The notes below the pieces were generated by a model that was given only the letters and a program-made list of their open reading frames with translations, did not search any database and was not told the origin of the DNA. 64,000 nucleotides of DNA from Bacillota bacterium (GTDB lineage Bacteria; Bacillota_I; Bacilli_A; RF39; UBA660): positions 5,621-69,620 of the forward strand of contig SVAO01000002.1 of NCBI GenBank assembly GCA_015059365.1, written 5' to 3'. This document shows, piece by piece, positions 59,177 to 64,000 of this stretch. Numbering within the stretch: position 1 is the first letter of the stretch; the number at the start of each line of letters is the position of its first letter. The translations under genes and the position numbers were made by a program.

Positions 59177-60397
59177 ATGAAAAAGATAATTTTTATTATA
59201 CTAATTATTTTTATTGTAATTATAGGTGTAAATTTTATATATAAAAAAGACGGTAATCAAAAATATATGATTAATCTAATAGGCATGAATATTGAAGAGA
59301 TTAGAAAATATTCTATTAATAATAATTTGGAACTAGAAATAGTTGAGGAATATAGTGACTATATTGAAAAAGGCAAAATAATAAAGCAAAGTATTTTAGA
59401 AAATACCATTATAAAACAAGGTGATAAATTAGAAGTATATGTTTCCCTAGGTAAAATAGGTAAAGAAGTATATCAGGAATACAATGTTAATGAGTTGGGA
59501 AGAGTTCCAATTATGATGTATCATGGCATTCATGATGTTTTAGAAACTGATTATATTGGTGGTAATGTTGATAAGGATGGGTATCAAAGAACAGTAAACG
59601 CTTTTAGACAAGATTTAGAGTTTTATTATAATAGTGGATATCGAATGATTAGTCTAAGTGATTATATAGATGGAAAAATAGATGTTCCATTAGGAAAAAG
59701 TCCAATAATTTTAACTTTTGATGATGGTTTAAAAAATAATATATTGGTTACTGGCTTAGATGAAAATGGAGAAATTATTATTGATCCTAATAGTGCAGTA
59801 GGAATATTGGAAAGTTTTAAAGAAAAATATCCAGATTATAACGTAACTGCAACATTTTTTCTAAATGGTGGATTATTTGGACAACCGCAATATAACGAAA
59901 AAATAATTAAATGGCTAATAAATAATGGCTATAGTATTGGAAATCATAGTTATAGTCATGCTAATTTTTCTAATATTACTAAAGAACAAACCATTAATGA
60001 AATAGGAAGAATGTATCAGATGTTAGAAAATATAATTCCAGAGAAGTATGTTAAAATAGTTGCTCTTCCGTTTGGTTCTCCTTATTCTCAAACCTCAGAT
60101 AATTTTTCCTACATATTAAATGGAGTTTATAACAATTTAATTTATGAAACAGTATCAACATTAAGAGTAGGCTGGGAAAGTGAAGTATCACCGTTTAATA
60201 AAAACTTTAATAAGAACTTCTTAAAGAGAATAAGAGCTTATGATAACAATGGTAAAGATTTTGATATTGAAATGAATTTTAAAATATTAGAAAATAATAG
60301 ATATATATCTGATGGCAATATCAACACAATTGTAATTCCAGAAGAAGAATTAAATAATATTATAGAAAAAAATGATTATCAAGTAATAACTTATTAA
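59177..60397 (+). CDS. Membrane-anchored PASTA-domain + polysaccharide deacetylase (NodB) fusion
   Basis: ATG 59177 after GGTGA; TM; PASTA-like MINLIGMNIEEIRKYS ... KGKIIKQS ... GDKLEVYVSLG; intact NodB motifs ILTFDDG and GNHSYSH. Confidence 0.8.
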   Translation: MKKIIFIILIIFIVIIGVNFIYKKDGNQKYMINLIGMNIEEIRKYSINNNLELEIVEEYSDYIEKGKIIKQSILENTIIKQGDKLEVYVSLGKIGKEVYQEYNVNELGRVPIMMYHGIHDVLETDYIGGNVDKDGYQRTVNAFRQDLEFYYNSGYRMISLSDYIDGKIDVPLGKSPIILTFDDGLKNNILVTGLDENGEIIIDPNSAVGILESFKEKYPDYNVTATFFLNGGLFGQPQYNEKIIKWLINNGYSIGNHSYSHANFSNITKEQTINEIGRMYQMLENIIPEKYVKIVALPFGSPYSQTSDNFSYILNGVYNNLIYETVSTLRVGWESEVSPFNKNFNKNFLKRIRAYDNNGKDFDIEMNFKILENNRYISDGNINTIVIPEEELNNIIEKNDYQVITY

Positions 60398-60461
60398 TCG
60401 TTTTTTCTTTGTTGTTTTTTAAAAATATTTATTATATAATTATCATAATAGAGGTGTTAAT

Positions 60462-61520
60462 ATGAAATTAACAAATAAAGGATTTGCGATAACAAGTATT
60501 ATATATTCAATGCTAGTTCTTTTTCTGGCGTTGTTATTATTAATTATGGGTAATCTAGCTAATCGTAAAGTTTTATTTGATAAAGAGAAAAGCGATATTT
60601 TAAGCAAAATAAATCCTACGTCTGCTCCTTTTTGTATATTAGAAGGTGATAAGGATGGAAGTGGTACTATTTCAATAGGAGACCAATATGTATGTAATCC
60701 TGGAGATGGTAACAAAACTTTTTATGTACTAGAAGCTGGAGATAATATTTCCTTAATTATGAGCGAAAATATTGATGGTGAAACATTTAATGAAGGCAGT
60801 GAAGCGGATGCCGCACTATTAGAAAAAACAAAAGGTTGGACCGATTCTAGAATTAATAGTATTACACATCCTACTCTTCAACAATTGGAGAATCAATTTG
60901 ATTCTTATGGGAGAGTCCCAGCATGGCTTTACGGTCACTATTTTACCTCAACAGAAGAAGAAACTGGTAGTGGAAGATATAGATGGGAAGGCAATTATAT
61001 TGATTACATTAGTTCTGTCGGAATTCGACCTGTAATAGTAGTTTCCAAAAGTGATATTCCAACTCCGACACCTTTTTGTATATTAGAAGATGGAGATGCA
61101 TATGCAGTTGGCTCAATCTATTCTTGCAATCCTGGGGATGGATATAAAACTTTTTATGTCTTAGAAACTGGGGATAATATTTCTTTAATTATGAGTGAAA
61201 ATATTGATAATGAGTTATTAACTGCTGACTCTATTAATGATGGTGCTGAAGTAGATGAGGCATTATTAGAAAAAACAGCAGGTTGGACTGATTCTAGAAT
61301 TAGTAGTATTGCTTTGCCAACAACCGAGCAATTGACTGGGTATGATGCCAATGAAAGGGGTCCAAACGAACTTTTATACTCATGGTTGGAAGGGTATTAT
61401 TACACATTAGATAATGAATCTTTGGGTGGCGGTAGATGGAGAGTGGAAGGCAATTATCTTGATTACTTTAGTTCTGCTGGAATTCGACCTGTAATTACTG
61501 TTTCTAAAAGTGATATTTAA
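60462..61520 (+). CDS. Hypothetical extracellular protein: pseudo-pilin-like N-terminus + two tandem ~150-aa domains
   Basis: AGAGGTG RBS; MKLTNKGFAITSIIYSMLVLFL resembles prepilin leader but lacks Glu+5; aa 52-199 and 200-352 are clear duplicates. Confidence 0.65.
   Translation: MKLTNKGFAITSIIYSMLVLFLALLLLIMGNLANRKVLFDKEKSDILSKINPTSAPFCILEGDKDGSGTISIGDQYVCNPGDGNKTFYVLEAGDNISLIMSENIDGETFNEGSEADAALLEKTKGWTDSRINSITHPTLQQLENQFDSYGRVPAWLYGHYFTSTEEETGSGRYRWEGNYIDYISSVGIRPVIVVSKSDIPTPTPFCILEDGDAYAVGSIYSCNPGDGYKTFYVLETGDNISLIMSENIDNELLTADSINDGAEVDEALLEKTAGWTDSRISSIALPTTEQLTGYDANERGPNELLYSWLEGYYYTLDNESLGGGRWRVEGNYLDYFSSAGIRPVITVSKSDI
60615..61517 (+). repeat. Intragenic tandem duplication (unit 1 60615-61058, unit 2 61059-61517)
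   Basis: Shared DNA blocks, e.g. CCTTTTTGTATATTAGAAG, AAAACTTTTTATGT, TTAATTATGAG-GAAAATATTGAT, GATTCTAGAATTA-TAGTATT, GGAATTCGACCTGTAAT; protein units align end to end. Confidence 0.9.
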
Positions 61521-61529
61521 ATAAAGTGG

Positions 61530-61558
61530 TTGCAAAATTAAAAAAAATGATTTATAAT
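61530..61558 (+). promoter_or_regulatory. Sigma-A-type promoter for the valS T-box leader
   Basis: TTGCAA - 17 nt - TATAAT. Confidence 0.55.
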
Positions 61559-61564
61559 AAACAA

Positions 61565-61780
61565 GAAAAACAAAGAACAAGAGGAGTAAATTAGGAAGTT
61601 TTTAAAGAGAGTCTATGGTTGGTGAAAATAGATAAAATAACTAATTGAAGGTAGCTTGGGAGTTGAATATCTGAATAGTTAAGATATTCCGCATATATGC
61701 GTTAAAATACTGAGGTGTATTTATACACAAATTAAGGTGGTACCACGTAATCACGTCCTTAAATGGATGTGATTTTTTTG
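61565..61780 (+). promoter_or_regulatory. T-box riboswitch leader (tRNA-Val responsive) with terminator/antiterminator
   Basis: Stem I has lower helix CAAG/CTTG, an AGTA S-turn, upper helix ATTAG/CTAAT, an AGAGAG bulge and a GGTGAAAA distal loop. Specifier GTA lies at 61651-61653, followed by a purine. T-box AAGGTGGTACCACG lies at 61734-61747. Terminator ATCACGTCC/GGATGTGAT is followed by T7. Confidence 0.85.
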
Positions 61781-61797
61781 TATAAGGAGATGAATTT

Positions 61798-64000
61798 ATG
61801 TTAGAAAAAAAATATGATCATATTAGCGTAGAAAAAGATAAGTATTCTAAATGGTTAGAAAAAGGATATTTTGAAAGTGGAGATTTAAGTAAGAAGCCAT
61901 TTGCGATAGTAATACCTCCACCAAATGTAACAGGTAAATTACATTTAGGACATGCTTGGAACACAACACTTCAAGATATAATTATTCGTTATAAAAGAAT
62001 GAATGGTTATGATGCCTTATGGCTTCCAGGAATGGATCATGCTGGAATTGCTACACAAGCTAAAGTAGATAAGAAGTTAAAAGATATGGGTATTAAACCA
62101 AGAGAGATGGACCGTGAAGAATGGCTTAAACATGCTTGGGCATGGAAAGAAGAATATGCTAAAAATATTCATGAACAATGGTCTAAAATGGGATTGAGTT
62201 TGGATTATACTAAAGAAAGATTTACTTTAGATGAAGGTCTTTCTAATGCTGTAAAAAAAGTTTTTGTAGATTTATATAATAAAGGACTAATTTATAGAGG
62301 GGAAAGAATTATTAACTGGGATCCAGAAGCAATGACTGCATTATCTAATGAGGAAGTTATTTATAAAGATGTTGAAGGTGCTTTTTATCATATAAAATAT
62401 TTTATTGAAGGAACAGAAGAATTTTTAGAAGTCGCAACAACTCGTCCAGAAACTTTATTTGGAGATACTGCAGTTGCGGTTAATCCTGAAGATGAACGTT
62501 ATAAACATTTAATTGGTAAAAATGTCATTCTTCCTATTGTTAATAAATTGATTCCAATTGTAGGAGATGAACATGCAGATCCAGAATTTGGAACAGGTGT
62601 TGTTAAAATAACTCCTGCACATGATCCTAATGATTTTGAGGTAGGAAATAGACATAATTTAGAAAGAATAGTAGTAATGAATCCTGATGCTACTATGAAT
62701 GAAAATGCAGGCATTTACCAAGGAATGGATCGCTTCGCTTGTAGAGAAGCCCTACTTAAAGATTTAAAAGAACAAGATTTACTTATCAGTATAGAATCAA
62801 TTACTCATAATGTAGGACATAGTGAAAGAACAGATGTAATGGTAGAACCATACTTATCAAAACAATGGTTTGTTAAGATGAGACCTCTTGCAGATAGGGT
62901 ATTAGAAAATCAAAAAAATAAGGATACTAAAGTTAATTTTGTACCGGAAAGATTTGAAAAAACAATGAATCATTGGATGGAAATAACTTATGACTGGTGT
63001 ATTTCTCGTCAACTTTGGTGGGGACATAGAATACCTGCTTGGTATAAGGGTGAAGAGGTATATGTAGGAATAAATCCTCCAGAAGGAGAAGGCTGGGTAC
63101 AAGATTGTGATGTGCTCGATACTTGGTTCTCATCTGCCCTTTGGCCTTTTAGTACATTAGGTTGGCCAAATGATACTAATCTTTTAGAAAGATATTATCC
63201 AAATGATGTATTAGTAACAGGATATGATATTATTCCTTTCTGGGTTAATAGAATGACTTTCCAAGGTTTAGAATTTACTGATAAACGACCATTTAAAGAT
63301 TGTTTAATTCATGGACTTATTCGTGATAAACAAGGGAGAAAAATGAGTAAGTCATTAGGTAATGGAGTAGATCCAATGGATGTTATTGAAGAGTATGGTT
63401 GTGATTCACTAAGATATTTCTTAGCAACATCTAGTGCCCCAGGAATGGATTTAAGATATGATGAAGAAAAAGTTGCTTCAACTTGGAATTTCATTAATAA
63501 ATTATGGAATGCTTCTCGTTTTGTATTAATGAATATTGAAGATATGGAAGAATCTACTTTAGAATTATCTATCGCAGATAAATGGATATTAACAAAACTT
63601 AATAATACAATTAATACAGTAACACGTCATATGGATAAGTATGAATTTAATGTGGTAGGTGCAGAACTTTATAGTTTTGTTTGGGATGATTTCTGTGATT
63701 GGTATATAGAACTTGCAAAGGTTAATATGAATAATACAACAAAACAAGTTTTACATGAGGTTTTAACTGCAATCTTAAAAATGCTACACCCATTTATGCC
63801 ATATGTAACAGAAGAAATTTATCAGATGTTACCAATTCATGATGAATCAATTATGATTAGTACTTATCCAACATATAATGAAGAATATATTTTTAATGAA
63901 GCATTAGAATTAGATAAGATTATAGAGTTTATTGTTAAAGTTAGAACTGCAAAATTAGAAAATAAAGTTCCAAAAGATGCAAAAGTATATTTTGAAGGTA
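61798..64000 (+). CDS. valS: Valyl-tRNA synthetase (3' end outside window)
   Basis: AAGGAG RBS; [19 protein letters not shown] ..., [13 protein letters not shown] (HIGH) and KMSKSLGN; frame open to window end (not in ORF track because no stop). Confidence 0.95.
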   Translation, partial: MLEKKYDHISVEKDKYSKWLEKGYFESGDLSKKPFAIVIPPPNVTGKLHLGHAWNTTLQDIIIRYKRMNGYDALWLPGMDHAGIATQAKVDKKLKDMGIKPREMDREEWLKHAWAWKEEYAKNIHEQWSKMGLSLDYTKERFTLDEGLSNAVKKVFVDLYNKGLIYRGERIINWDPEAMTALSNEEVIYKDVEGAFYHIKYFIEGTEEFLEVATTRPETLFGDTAVAVNPEDERYKHLIGKNVILPIVNKLIPIVGDEHADPEFGTGVVKITPAHDPNDFEVGNRHNLERIVVMNPDATMNENAGIYQGMDRFACREALLKDLKEQDLLISIESITHNVGHSERTDVMVEPYLSKQWFVKMRPLADRVLENQKNKDTKVNFVPERFEKTMNHWMEITYDWCISRQLWWGHRIPAWYKGEEVYVGINPPEGEGWVQDCDVLDTWFSSALWPFSTLGWPNDTNLLERYYPNDVLVTGYDIIPFWVNRMTFQGLEFTDKRPFKDCLIHGLIRDKQGRKMSKSLGNGVDPMDVIEEYGCDSLRYFLATSSAPGMDLRYDEEKVASTWNFINKLWNASRFVLMNIEDMEESTLELSIADKWILTKLNNTINTVTRHMDKYEFNVVGAELYSFVWDDFCDWYIELAKVNMNNTTKQVLHEVLTAILKMLHPFMPYVTEEIYQMLPIHDESIMISTYPTYNEEYIFNEALELDKIIEFIVKVRTAKLENKVPKDAKVYFEG

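Noticed and set aside
60462-60560. Calling the 352-aa protein a genuine type IV pilin or competence pseudopilin.
   Set aside because: Glu+5 is replaced by Ser. No prepilin peptidase or pilus assembly genes are nearby. The resemblance may simply reflect a signal-anchor helix.
61650-61652. Alternative T-box specifier register GGT (Gly), read as GAA-GGT-A.
   Set aside because: With the helices CAAG/CTTG and ATTAG/CTAAT in place, the triplet followed by a single purine and then the lower helix is GTA (Val). This matches the downstream valS.
9347-63494. Many short ORF-track entries run antisense to, or out of frame with, long conserved genes. Examples: 9347-9535, 12113-12337, 13534-13776, 15695-15883, 16893-17132, 17478-17735, 18642-18863, 21007-21372, 21409-21744, 23366-23548, 24600-24854, 29971-30189, 34677-34868, 37563-38291, 40231-40476, 41189-41377, 42518-42787, 44230-44634, 45545-45727, 47740-48129, 48912-49103, 49726-49911, 50414-50855, 51432-51809, 52457-52660, 53357-53582, 56933-57208, 57283-57492, 60443-60715, 61154-61351, 62499-63494.
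   Set aside because: Each lies wholly or largely within a gene whose product has clear family motifs on the other strand or frame. They have low-complexity Ile/Leu/Phe/Ser-rich translations typical of AT-rich shadow ORFs, and no RBS was seen.
1-64000. Search for CRISPR arrays, IS/transposase, integrase, phage structural genes, tRNA/rRNA genes, reverse transcriptases, and known defence or toxin-antitoxin families.
   Set aside because: None were recognised by eye on either strand. The only repeat structure found is intragenic (60615-61517, plus protein-level repeats in the 593-aa and 400-aa ORFs).

Overview
This is a 64-kb stretch of a very AT-rich, spore-forming Firmicute chromosome, densely coded (about 66 protein genes, roughly 80% on the + strand). 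All family calls come from motif recognition by eye; no searches were run. The content is mostly core housekeeping. It includes glycolysis (pgk, tpiA, gpmI), four aminoacyl-tRNA synthetase-related loci (lysS, argS, valS with a T-box leader, cca) and both release factors (prfA, and prfB with the classical +1 frameshift). It also includes recA, recU-ponA, gpsB, RNase P RNA, rodZ-pgsA, rny, lon, ftsEX, ackA, pduL, hup, dnaD and nth. A large sporulation set is interleaved: spo0A, yunB, yabG, spoVG, yabP, yabQ, gerQ, spoVIF-like, spoIVA, spoVID/SipL-like and ysxE/CotS-like. Bacilli-type markers (rpoE delta subunit, recU, gpsB, dnaD, yutD, veg), together with an Acholeplasma-like glycolipid synthase, suggest an Erysipelotrichia-like lineage; this is inference. 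I saw no tRNA, rRNA, CRISPR array, IS element, integrase or prophage genes. Several accessory or unassigned insertions sit inside otherwise conserved synteny. (1) A minus-strand, translationally coupled pair at 21951-23925 encodes a 67-aa hyper-acidic protein and a 593-aa protein with three C-terminal repeats. (2) An orphan secreted Cys-patterned protein with a VirB2/TrbC-pilin-like tail lies between recA and rny. (3) A block between ysxE and valS holds a PASTA-deacetylase fusion and a pseudo-pilin-headed protein with a recent tandem domain duplication. (4) There is a ribokinase-IMPase fusion. (5) Glycolipid genes and spo0A are embedded in the pgk-tpiA-gpmI operon.
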